Below, in pieces: positions 7,611-16,155 of a DNA stretch of 64,000 bases; within the stretch, counting starts at the first letter, position 1; each line of letters begins with the position of its first letter. Source of the stretch: Bacteroidia bacterium (GTDB lineage Bacteria; Bacteroidota; Bacteroidia; NS11-12g; UBA9320); assembly GCA_017857855.1 (NCBI GenBank), contig JAFMCI010000004.1, positions 1,665-65,664 of the forward strand. The letters are read 5' to 3'. A program made the position numbers and the translations under genes. The notes below the pieces were generated by a model. The model worked only from the letters and a program-made list of their open reading frames with translations, was not told the DNA's origin and did not search any database.

Positions 7611-10466
7611 GTGAGAGTAGATAATCAACAAGGATATAAATTAATTTTTAGTATTTCAGTACATCCTCAATTAGGTGTGCTCATACATCCCCATGTTGTA
7701 GCGTTGTCTATTCACCAAACACTTACACTTACCTATCAAAAAGTATTTTCGGGAAGCGCAGCGCACTACCATAAATTAAGTGTGCAAGACTTAACACTAA
7801 TCGCTAGTCTAGACGACTTGATGGAAGAGGCTATCGTACGTAAGTTTTCACCTGAAAAAAAAATACGCCCTAAAGAATATTTCAAAAAGTATCACACTGA
7901 ATTATTGCAAGCCGATTTAATTAGGCCATGGTTAGAAAAACAAATTGCAAATTTTCTAGCCATTTTACCATTGGATGCAGACAATCTTTATGTGGCTGAC
8001 GAAATAAACCCCGCAGCATTCCCGATAGAAATCAACCGAGATTTTACTAAAATTCTTTTCCATTTTCATAAGACGGAGTTGGGTACCAACTATTTTGTAA
8101 CCCTTAAGCATAATGAAGAGCGTATTCCGTTCATGAAAATTGGAGGCCTAATGCTCACTAAAAAACCGGCTAGAATGGTAGTTAACGGTCAACTTTACCG
8201 GTTTTACGACTTTGTAGATGGGGCAAAACTGGCGGTATTCCTGAATAAAAAACTCGTCTTTATCCCTAAAACCAGTGAAAAAAAATATTACACTAACTTT
8301 ATCAAACCATTACTTGAAACTTCACCAGTTTTTACCAAAGGTTTTGAAATTGTTACGTTAAGAGAAGAGGCTAAACCCAATCTCTCATTAGCATTAAAAA
8401 ATGGGAAATACGGATTTAATGTAATGATTAACTATGGCGGCCTGAGTTTCCCGTTTCATCAAGACAAACTCTTCCACGTAAAACTAGAATGGAACAGAGA
8501 TCAGCCCATTTTTACCAAATATAAACGATCACAAATATGGGAAGCCAACAGAATAAACGCGCTTAGCGAAATAGGCCTTACATTAGTTTCAGGTTCATTT
8601 TTTAGTTTAATAGATAAAGATTTACAATCATGCATTGACTGGCTCAGAACTCATAACGAGGTGCTAGCAGCTAGCCATTTTGATGTATCTTCTACAATTG
8701 ACGAAAAATACTGTATTTCACCCTATAAACTTCATTATAACATAGCAGATAAAATTGATTGGTTTGATCTAAACGCGCAAATTATCATTGGCGAGTATAC
8801 CATTCCTTTTAGCCAGGTTGTGAATGAAATACGACGAGGTAACAATCGGATAATACTACCAAACCATGAAGTTTTTCTATTTCCAAAAGAGTGGTTTGCG
8901 CTAGGTGAAGCATTAGCGGGGCAAAGCACTAAGAGCAATACCTACAGTATAAAAAAGTACCAAGTAGACATCCTAGGGCTAATACAGTCTAGAGAAATCA
9001 AGCAACATCTTACCAAGCTAGTTGCCATAGGTGCTGAAAAACCTCATTCTAACTTTGTAGGCATTTTAAGAAAGTACCAACTAGATGGTCTAAGTTGGCT
9101 AATGTTTTTAAAAAACAACAACTTTGGAGGTGTATTGGCAGATGACATGGGCTTAGGAAAAACTGTGCAAACCATTTCATTCTTGCAACGAGTGAAGTAC
9201 GATATGTTAAAAAGTTCTGAGAGAAAAGCTAAGTTTCTACTTGTTGCTCCTACCTCATTACTTTACAACTGGGTGTATGAATGTACCCAATTTAGTCCTG
9301 ACCTCTCAACCGTAATTCACTCGGGCGCCAAAAGAGCTAAATCGCCAGCTGAATTAGAAAAGTATGACGTAGTCATCACTACATACGGGCTCATTCGCAA
9401 TGACGAGTCTCTTTTTACGCAACTGCATTATGACGTGCTTGTTTTAGATGAAAGTCAAAATATAAAAAACCACACCGCAAAAACGACTCAAAGTATAGCC
9501 AAACTAAATGCTGCATGTAAGATAGCGCTTACTGGCACGCCAATAGAAAATAGTATACGCGATTTATGGAGCCAGATGAATGTGCTTAACAAAGGATTAT
9601 TAGGCACTTTAAAGCAATTTGAAACCCGATACGCTAAGCCTATTGAAAAGGAGGGAGATGAAGTAAAAGCAAAAGAACTCAGAAAAATCATCAAACCATT
9701 CTTACTCAGGAGAACAAAGGAAGAAGTGGCCAAAGAACTTCCTCGTCTCACAGAAAAAATCATCTATTGCGACATGACAGAAGAGCAAGCCGAGTATTAT
9801 GAAACCATCAAATCTGAATACCGCAATAATATACTCGACCTGGTAGATGTGAAAGGATTTGAAAAGTCAAAATTCTCTATCTTACAAGGATTATCAAAAC
9901 TACGTCAATTGGCAAATCATCCGTCTTTAATTGACGAACAGTATACTGCTAAGAGCGGTAAACATGATATTTTACTTGAAAAAATCGCATCAGCAATTTC
10001 TGATGGGCATAAGCTCTTGGTATTTTCTCAATTTGTGAGATACCTAGAAATTATTGAAAAAGATTTACAACGATTGGGGCTATCTTATTATAAACTTACA
10101 GGTGCTACGAGCAAGGAAAACAGAGCAAAACGCGTAAAGGAGTTCCAAGCTCAACTAAATCCTGCTGTTTTTCTTATTTCACTGAAAGCGGGAGGAACTG
10201 GCTTGAATCTTACCTCTGCCGATTATGTATTTATTGTGGACCCTTGGTGGAATCCTGCTTCAGAAGCCCAAGCAAGAGATAGAACACATAGAATAGGACA
10301 AAAAAAGAGTGTATTCAGTTACAAGTTTATCTCGAGGGATACCATTGAAGAGAAAATATCCTTGCTACAGCGAAAAAAACAAGGTTTCTCAAAAAACATT
10401 ATCGTGTCAGAAAACAATGTTTTAGCTAATCTTGACATGACTGAGATACATTATTTACTGAGCTGA
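7611..10466 (+). CDS. SNF2-family DEAD/DEAH-box helicase with a long uncharacterised N-terminal region
   Basis: The C-terminal half carries SNF2 motifs LADDMGLGKT (I), LVLDESQNIKN (II), TGTPIEN (III) and QARDRTHRIGQ (VI). The first ~480 aa have no motif I recognise. The start is GTG, and the first in-frame ATG is far downstream. Confidence 0.9.
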   Translation: MRVDNQQGYKLIFSISVHPQLGVLIHPHVVALSIHQTLTLTYQKVFSGSAAHYHKLSVQDLTLIASLDDLMEEAIVRKFSPEKKIRPKEYFKKYHTELLQADLIRPWLEKQIANFLAILPLDADNLYVADEINPAAFPIEINRDFTKILFHFHKTELGTNYFVTLKHNEERIPFMKIGGLMLTKKPARMVVNGQLYRFYDFVDGAKLAVFLNKKLVFIPKTSEKKYYTNFIKPLLETSPVFTKGFEIVTLREEAKPNLSLALKNGKYGFNVMINYGGLSFPFHQDKLFHVKLEWNRDQPIFTKYKRSQIWEANRINALSEIGLTLVSGSFFSLIDKDLQSCIDWLRTHNEVLAASHFDVSSTIDEKYCISPYKLHYNIADKIDWFDLNAQIIIGEYTIPFSQVVNEIRRGNNRIILPNHEVFLFPKEWFALGEALAGQSTKSNTYSIKKYQVDILGLIQSREIKQHLTKLVAIGAEKPHSNFVGILRKYQLDGLSWLMFLKNNNFGGVLADDMGLGKTVQTISFLQRVKYDMLKSSERKAKFLLVAPTSLLYNWVYECTQFSPDLSTVIHSGAKRAKSPAELEKYDVVITTYGLIRNDESLFTQLHYDVLVLDESQNIKNHTAKTTQSIAKLNAACKIALTGTPIENSIRDLWSQMNVLNKGLLGTLKQFETRYAKPIEKEGDEVKAKELRKIIKPFLLRRTKEEVAKELPRLTEKIIYCDMTEEQAEYYETIKSEYRNNILDLVDVKGFEKSKFSILQGLSKLRQLANHPSLIDEQYTAKSGKHDILLEKIASAISDGHKLLVFSQFVRYLEIIEKDLQRLGLSYYKLTGATSKENRAKRVKEFQAQLNPAVFLISLKAGGTGLNLTSADYVFIVDPWWNPASEAQARDRTHRIGQKKSVFSYKFISRDTIEEKISLLQRKKQGFSKNIIVSENNVLANLDMTEIHYLLS

Positions 10467-10478
10467 GCTACATTAGTT

Positions 10479-10486
10479 TAAATTTG
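10479..10486 (+). promoter_or_regulatory. Bacteroidota -7 promoter box TAAATTTG
   Basis: Exact TAnnTTTG, 24 nt upstream of ATG 10511. Confidence 0.45.
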
Positions 10487-10510
10487 CCAAACAAATTAAA
10501 AACACAATAA

Positions 10511-11248
10511 ATGAAAAAAACCTTTACAATCCTTCTAAGTATTATTTCAACTATGTCTATCGCTCAATTAGACTGGGCCGTTAAAAGCATAGACAAACCG
10601 GTAGATTTATACACCAATGATGACGGAACTACAGACGTTGTTGCTCAAGTAACATTAGAAAATCTAGGCGAAACCATTCCTGCAGGCGATACGTTCACCA
10701 TTGCTTTAGCCATTTTTAGAGCGGGAGATGGAGCTCTATTAGTTTCTTCACCAAACTATACTCTTTTAAACCCAAGTGAATCTGTAAAAGGCAGTGTATT
10801 GACTACAACGGAAATTAGCTTTAAAATTAATGCGGGCATCACGGGTGCTGCCGACCTGCCAATTTTTATGGGAGCATTGAGTTACCATAGAAATAGAACT
10901 AATCCAAAAGTAGACATCGATTCTAACAACAATTTTCTTTTGAAGGAGATGAAATGGAAATCTATTGGCAAATTATCGTTGAACACTGTTGCTTTTGAAA
11001 ACAATATTTCTGCATACCCTAACCCTGCAAATTCTAACATAAACGTTGCCTTGAATTATGTACAGCAGGGAGCTACTACAATTGAACTTATTAACTTAAA
11101 TGGACAAGTAGTCGTAAGCCAAAATGCGCAAGACATGTTCAACACTAGCAACACAATGGATGTTTCAAATTTAGAGAAAGGACTTTATATCTTAAGAATA
11201 ACGAATGGAGATGCTACCTATACTCGAAAAGTTAGTGTTGCTCACTAA
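10511..11248 (+). CDS. Secreted protein with a T9SS type A C-terminal sorting domain
   Basis: Signal peptide MKKTFTILLSIISTMSIAQ. The last ~80 aa (ISAYPNPANSNINVAL...IELINLNGQVV...VSNLEKGLYILRITNGDATYTRKVSV) fit the Por secretion tail pattern. Confidence 0.75.
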   Translation: MKKTFTILLSIISTMSIAQLDWAVKSIDKPVDLYTNDDGTTDVVAQVTLENLGETIPAGDTFTIALAIFRAGDGALLVSSPNYTLLNPSESVKGSVLTTTEISFKINAGITGAADLPIFMGALSYHRNRTNPKVDIDSNNNFLLKEMKWKSIGKLSLNTVAFENNISAYPNPANSNINVALNYVQQGATTIELINLNGQVVVSQNAQDMFNTSNTMDVSNLEKGLYILRITNGDATYTRKVSVAH

Positions 11249-11272
11249 TCCCAACCGTTAAATTATCTTCTA

Positions 11273-11308
11273 AAAAGCCGCATTCTTAGCTGAATGCGGC
11301 TTTTATTT
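11273..11308 (+). terminator. Intrinsic terminator
   Basis: GCCGCATTC-(6 nt loop)-GAATGCGGC gives a 9-bp GC-rich stem followed by TTTTATTTT. Confidence 0.8.
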
Positions 11309-11407
11309 TAGTAAAAAACATACTATTAACCTTAATATTGTACTCTTCCAGGAGAAAGAATACTCACACAATTAAGTGCATCATACAGAATACAATATAC
11401 CGCATTA

Positions 11408-12946
11408 ATGAATAAACGAAATATACTTACCCAAAAACTTGCTGCAGCTAAATTAGGTGGTGGTCAACATAGAATAGATGCTCAGCATAATAAGAAAAAG
11501 CTAACCGCTCGAGAAAGACTTGACCTACTCTTAGACCGCAACTCGTTTGAAGAAATAGGGGCGCTTGTAAAGCATAGAAGTACCGACTTTGGCATGGAGA
11601 AAATGCACTACCCTGGCGATGGGGTGGTTACAGGTTACGGTACAATTCATGGCAGATTAGTCTATGTTTTTTCGCAAGATTTTACTGTTTTTGGGGGATC
11701 TTTATCTGAAACGCATGCTGAGAAAATATGCAAGATAATGGATATGGCAATGCGCAATGGTGCTCCCGTTATTGGACTTAATGATAGTGGTGGCGCTCGT
11801 ATTCAAGAAGGTGTTGTTTCCCTTGGTGGTTATGCAGATATATTTTACAGAAATACATTGGCTAGCGGGGTAATTCCTCAACTTTCTGCAATCATGGGCC
11901 CTTGTGCCGGCGGAGCAGTTTACTCGCCTGCCATAACAGACTTTATTCTCATGGTAGAAGACACCAGTTACATGTTTGTAACCGGCCCAAATGTGGTTAA
12001 AACCGTCACCAATGAAGAAGTATCTTCAGAAGATTTAGGCGGTGCATCTGTACATAGCGAAAAGAGTGGAGTAGCTCACCTTACTTCCGCAAATGATCTT
12101 GAAGCGATAGAAGACATTAAAAAACTTCTTAGCTATATGCCTCAAAATTGCGAGGAAAAAGCACCAAGAATTGCTTATGAACTAGGGGACGAAATACGTC
12201 ACGAGCTTGAAAAAATAGTGCCCGATAGCGCAAATCAACCATATGATATGAGAGATGTTATTCAAGGTATTATTGACCGAGAATCATTTTTTGAAATACA
12301 TAAAAATTTTGCACCCAATATTGTTGTAGGATTTGCACGATTAGCTGGCCGAAGTATTGGTATAATAGCTAATCAACCAGCTTATCTTGCAGGTGTTTTA
12401 GATGTGCAATCTTCTCAAAAAGGAGCACGTTTTGTGCGATTCTGCGACTGCTTTAATATTCCACTTCTCGTTTTAGAAGACGTACCAGGTTTCTTGCCTG
12501 GCACAGATCAAGAGTGGAATGCCATTATTACCAACGGAGCAAAATTACTGTACGCGTTTAGTGAAGCGACCGTGCCTAGAATAACGGTTATTACCCGAAA
12601 AGCCTATGGCGGAGCGTATGACGTTATGAATAGTAAACACATTGGGGCAGACTTAAATTTTGCGTGGCCAAGTGCAGAGATCGCTGTTATGGGTGCAAAA
12701 GGAGCAGCCGAAATTATATTCAAAGGCGAAATAAGTGCCGCTGCTGATCCAGCTGCAGCATTGCTTGAAAAGGAGAAAGAATATGCGGAAATATTTGCTA
12801 ACCCTTATCGGGCGGCAGAAAGAGGCTTTGTGGATGAAGTAATAGTGCCAGAAGAAACAAGAGTCAAACTTATTAAAGCATATGCTATGCTGGAAAATAA
12901 AGTATCAACACTACCCAAGAAGAAACACGGGAATATCCCACTTTAA
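11408..12946 (+). CDS. Acyl-CoA carboxylase carboxyltransferase (beta) subunit (propionyl/methylmalonyl-CoA type)
   Basis: 512 aa with carboxyltransferase motifs [23 protein letters not shown] and [11 protein letters not shown]. Confidence 0.9.
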   Translation: MNKRNILTQKLAAAKLGGGQHRIDAQHNKKKLTARERLDLLLDRNSFEEIGALVKHRSTDFGMEKMHYPGDGVVTGYGTIHGRLVYVFSQDFTVFGGSLSETHAEKICKIMDMAMRNGAPVIGLNDSGGARIQEGVVSLGGYADIFYRNTLASGVIPQLSAIMGPCAGGAVYSPAITDFILMVEDTSYMFVTGPNVVKTVTNEEVSSEDLGGASVHSEKSGVAHLTSANDLEAIEDIKKLLSYMPQNCEEKAPRIAYELGDEIRHELEKIVPDSANQPYDMRDVIQGIIDRESFFEIHKNFAPNIVVGFARLAGRSIGIIANQPAYLAGVLDVQSSQKGARFVRFCDCFNIPLLVLEDVPGFLPGTDQEWNAIITNGAKLLYAFSEATVPRITVITRKAYGGAYDVMNSKHIGADLNFAWPSAEIAVMGAKGAAEIIFKGEISAAADPAAALLEKEKEYAEIFANPYRAAERGFVDEVIVPEETRVKLIKAYAMLENKVSTLPKKKHGNIPL

Positions 12947-12999
12947 TGTCATTTGTATATTATGAAATTAATCATAGAATGATAGCGATTATTATTAGT

Positions 13000-13007
13000 T
13001 AAATTTG
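13000..13007 (+). promoter_or_regulatory. Bacteroidota -7 promoter box TAAATTTG
   Basis: Exact TAnnTTTG, 16 nt upstream of ATG 13024, the first gene of the 13.0-16.1 kb cluster. Confidence 0.45.
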
Positions 13008-13023
13008 AACGAAAATTAAGTTA

Positions 13024-13728
13024 ATGAAGAAAATAATTTCTGCATCAATAGTTACATTAGTTCTATTTTTAATGATTAGCGCACAATCCTGTAAGCATCA
13101 ACCTGATGTTACTCCTAATAACAATTCAACAGTTGCCACGAGCAGTGTAAGCTGCGATCCCGATAGTGTATATTTTGAAAATTCAATTCTTCCTTTACTC
13201 ATATCTTCCTGTGCTAAAAGCGGATGCCACGATGCAGCTTCCCAAGAAGATGGTGTCATTTTGGATAATTACACGAATATTATGAAAACTGGCCGCGTTA
13301 AGGCTGGAAATCCAAGTGACAGTAAACTATACGAAGTCGTAATAGAAACGCGTTCAAGTAAAATAATGCCTCCCCCACCTTATAACGCGCTGAGCTCGGA
13401 ACAACAAGCGCTAATCAAAAAATGGATTGATCAAGGTGCCAAAAACAATAAATGTATCGAATGCGACAGCGTTAACGTAACTTTTTCAAAACAAGTAACC
13501 TCTACACTTAATGCGAATTGTGTTTCTTGTCACAACGCTTCTTCATCAAGTGGAGGTGTGAGCTTACATAATTACGCAGCAGTAAAGACCAACGTTGACA
13601 ATGGTAAATTAGCTGGATCAATTAACCATAGAATTGGGTTTGTAACCATGCCCCCCAGCGGAAAGTTAGATAATTGTAACCTCACAATAATTAATAAATG
13701 GATAAATGATGGAGCTCCAAATAATTAA
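13024..13728 (+). CDS. Lipoprotein with two PSCyt1-like (planctomycete cytochrome c-like) domains
   Basis: Signal peptide with lipobox-like SAQSC. There are two copies of the pattern hydrophobic-x-C..CH...G(V)xL..Y...(K/R)...G...S.L...MPP...L...(I)..W(I).(D/Q)GA.NN. Copy 1 has CAKSGCH (CX4CH) and copy 2 has CVSCH (CXXCH). Confidence 0.6.
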   Translation: MKKIISASIVTLVLFLMISAQSCKHQPDVTPNNNSTVATSSVSCDPDSVYFENSILPLLISSCAKSGCHDAASQEDGVILDNYTNIMKTGRVKAGNPSDSKLYEVVIETRSSKIMPPPPYNALSSEQQALIKKWIDQGAKNNKCIECDSVNVTFSKQVTSTLNANCVSCHNASSSSGGVSLHNYAAVKTNVDNGKLAGSINHRIGFVTMPPSGKLDNCNLTIINKWINDGAPNN

Positions 13729-14092
13729 GGTTAAGACATTACTCCTAGGTTTGATAGGATTACTTTTTATGGGTTGTTATAACGACGTGGAAGAAGAGCT
13801 ATATCCTACTGTTAACTGTAATACTGCCGGCATGTCTTATTCCACCGATGTTGTTACGATTCTTACGAATAACAGCTGTATTTCGTGCCATAATAACACT
13901 AACCCACAAGGCAGTATCAAGCTAGACACCTATTCAGATGTAAAAATTTATGTAGACAATGGAAGACTTTTTGGAAGTGTAAATCACGACGTTGGTTTTA
14001 AATCAATGCCTCAAGGAAGTACCACTAAAATAAATCAATGCTCAATAGACCAATTGCAGGCTTGGATTAAAGATGGAGCGTTAAATAATTAA
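13706..14092 (+). CDS. Lipoprotein with one PSCyt1-like CXXCH domain
   Basis: Lipobox LLFMGC. The domain VVTILTNNSCISCHN...GSIKLDTYSDVKIYVDNGRLFGSVNHDVGFKSMPQG...LQAWIKDGALNN is paralogous to copy 2 of the upstream protein. It overlaps the upstream gene by 23 nt. Confidence 0.6.
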   Translation: MMELQIIKVKTLLLGLIGLLFMGCYNDVEEELYPTVNCNTAGMSYSTDVVTILTNNSCISCHNNTNPQGSIKLDTYSDVKIYVDNGRLFGSVNHDVGFKSMPQGSTTKINQCSIDQLQAWIKDGALNN

Positions 14093-14102
14093 GTTTAAGA
14101 AA

Positions 14103-14549
14103 ATGACCAGACCAATTATAATATTAATCATAGTACTCGCATTAGGCGCAGTCTTCTATGGCTACAACACGTACAATAAACCTCATACAAATGTGGGTAA
14201 AAGTGAAGCAGCTGAAACATTACTAGCCACTGAAATCTTTGTTGCATTTGACACCAATGAGCAAGCTGCAATGGCCATCTATTCTGATAAAGTAATTCAA
14301 GTAGAAGGTCAGTTATTAAGCAAGGATTTATCCAACGAAAAAGAACCCCAAATACTCTTAAAAGGCAATGGTGACGAGGGCTTTGTGAGATGCGGGTTTA
14401 AACCAACTGAGTTAAGCAAAGTTCTCGCTCTAACCGACAGTTCTACGGTAAAAATTAAAGGAGTCTGTATGGGTTGTAATGGTTCTGAAGAACTAGATTT
14501 ACTCGGAAGCAAAGACGTCGTATTATCTAATTGTATTATAATCAAATAA
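14103..14549 (+). CDS. Membrane-anchored OB-fold protein (tRNA_anti-like family, as I recall PF12869)
   Basis: N-terminal TM helix followed by YNKPHTNV...A.E(I)F..F..NE..A...Y..KVIQVEG, which matches my recollection of the Bacteroidota tRNA_anti-like family N-terminus. Confidence 0.5.
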   Translation: MTRPIIILIIVLALGAVFYGYNTYNKPHTNVGKSEAAETLLATEIFVAFDTNEQAAMAIYSDKVIQVEGQLLSKDLSNEKEPQILLKGNGDEGFVRCGFKPTELSKVLALTDSSTVKIKGVCMGCNGSEELDLLGSKDVVLSNCIIIK

Positions 14550-14565
14550 TTAAAAATAGCAACTC

Positions 14566-15129
14566 ATGAATAAAACAAGCATTCTTTTCGCAGCCATAAT
14601 TACATTTGGTTTAATGGCATTTACAAACCACAGCGGTGGTATTTACAAAACAAATACGGGTAATATCAATTTTTTTAGCCACACCCCTGTTGAGGACATA
14701 ACTGCAGATAATCATAAAGTTAAAACTGCTTTTGATGCTGAAACAGGTAAACTTCAGTTTAGTGTCCTAATTAAGGATTTTGAATTCCCTAAAGCGTTAA
14801 TGCAAGAACACTTTAACGAAAATTATATGGAGAGTACGAAATATCCTAAATCAACTTTTACAGGTACTATTGATAAAATGAGTGCTGTAAATTTAGCGAA
14901 AGACGGTACCTATAAATCTTCCATTACCGGTAAATTAACTATGAAAGATGTGACAAAAGAAGTAAGTACTATGGCTACGTTCGTGGTTAAAGGAGGAATT
15001 GTAAATGCTAAAGCTAGCTTCACTGTAAACCCTGTAGACTACCATATTGCAATACCCAAGACAGTGGCTGCTAAAATTTCCAATGAAATAAAAATTAATG
15101 TGGACGCTGATTACACGCACTCTCACTAA
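14566..15129 (+). CDS. YceI-family (polyisoprenoid-binding-like) periplasmic protein
   Basis: Signal peptide and ~165-aa mature part with the YceI-like pattern (NINFFSHTPVEDITADN..., FEFPKALMQEHFNENYMESTKYPKSTFTG, FTVNPVDYHIAIP). Confidence 0.6.
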   Translation: MNKTSILFAAIITFGLMAFTNHSGGIYKTNTGNINFFSHTPVEDITADNHKVKTAFDAETGKLQFSVLIKDFEFPKALMQEHFNENYMESTKYPKSTFTGTIDKMSAVNLAKDGTYKSSITGKLTMKDVTKEVSTMATFVVKGGIVNAKASFTVNPVDYHIAIPKTVAAKISNEIKINVDADYTHSH

Positions 15130-15207
15130 ATAAAACCCTAAAAAACCTTTTGAAATTTTTCAAAATATTTTTTTAGTTAACACCACGTCCAAAGACATAT
15201 CGTATAA

Positions 15208-16071
15208 ATGAACAAGATCCTTTTCTTTTTTATCCTCTTAGCAACTACTAAGTTATGCCTAGCTCAAGACCTAGATTTGTTAGATGAACCAGAATTAGAA
15301 ACTATCGATTATACTACGGCCACATTTAAAACCAATAGAGTGGTAAACGGGCATAGCATCGAAACCGTAGCTAAAAATGAATTCGATTTTAAAATATCGC
15401 ATCGATTTGGTTTTTTGAGCGGAGGGCCTTATGATATGTTCGGACTTGATCAAGCCACTATGCGTATAGGTGGAGACTATGGAATAACCGATAACTTAAA
15501 CGTAGGACTAGGTAGAAGTACGGTGGACAAAACCTATGATGGTTTTGTAAAATATAAATTCCTGAAACAAAGTACTGGACTTAAAACAATGCCCGTAACT
15601 GCTACTTGGATAAGCCATATGGGCATAACTACCTTAAAATGGCCGCAACCGGATCGTCAAAACTACTTTTCTAGCAGATTACATTATACGCACCAGCTAC
15701 TCATTGCACGAAAATTTACGGAAGGATTAAGCGTACAATTAAGTCCTACACTAGTACATAAAAATATTGTCGATTCCACTAAATTTAAGAATGACATATT
15801 ATCTTTAGGAGTGGGAGTTAGGCAAAAGCTTACCTCCAGGACCACACTAAACCTAGAGTATTATTACGTAATACCCAATCAATTGGAGGAAGATAAAACC
15901 AATGTGCTATCAGTAGGTTTTGACATAGAAACGGGTGGACACGTTTTTCAGCTGTTTTTTACAAACTCAAGCGGTCCCTTTGAAAAAGCATTTATTACCG
16001 ATACCAAAGCTAAATGGCTTGATGGAGATATTCGTTTCGGATTTAATATTGCAAGAGTATTTAATTTTTAG
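15208..16071 (+). CDS. Putative outer-membrane beta-barrel protein (DUF5777-like)
   Basis: Signal peptide ending LAQ, alternating-hydrophobic strands throughout and a C-terminal aromatic residue (..ARVFNF). The motif ATFKTNRVVNGHSIE...HRFG resembles DUF5777 as I remember it. Confidence 0.5.
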   Translation: MNKILFFFILLATTKLCLAQDLDLLDEPELETIDYTTATFKTNRVVNGHSIETVAKNEFDFKISHRFGFLSGGPYDMFGLDQATMRIGGDYGITDNLNVGLGRSTVDKTYDGFVKYKFLKQSTGLKTMPVTATWISHMGITTLKWPQPDRQNYFSSRLHYTHQLLIARKFTEGLSVQLSPTLVHKNIVDSTKFKNDILSLGVGVRQKLTSRTTLNLEYYYVIPNQLEEDKTNVLSVGFDIETGGHVFQLFFTNSSGPFEKAFITDTKAKWLDGDIRFGFNIARVFNF

Positions 16072-16155
16072 TATGTTTGATAGACTACTTCTGCCTGTTT
16101 TAACAGGGCCCTAACTAAAAAACGTATTAAAAAGCTACTAATCATAACACTTACC

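Noticed and set aside
7855-7863. A9 homopolymer in the SNF2 gene (and A8 runs at 41083-41090, 41103-41110 and 42061-42068) as phase-variation tracts
   Set aside because: The runs are short, encode Lys-rich stretches in frame and sit in housekeeping-type genes. There is no evidence of an alternative frame that would give a meaningful product.
7611-10466. SNF2 helicase as the core of a defence island (DISARM, BREX-like or other helicase-based systems)
   Set aside because: There is no adjacent methyltransferase, PLD or other nuclease, DUF1998-like or protease gene. The flanks are a GT2 operon and a small T9SS cargo followed by central metabolism, so it looks like a chromosomal housekeeping SNF2.
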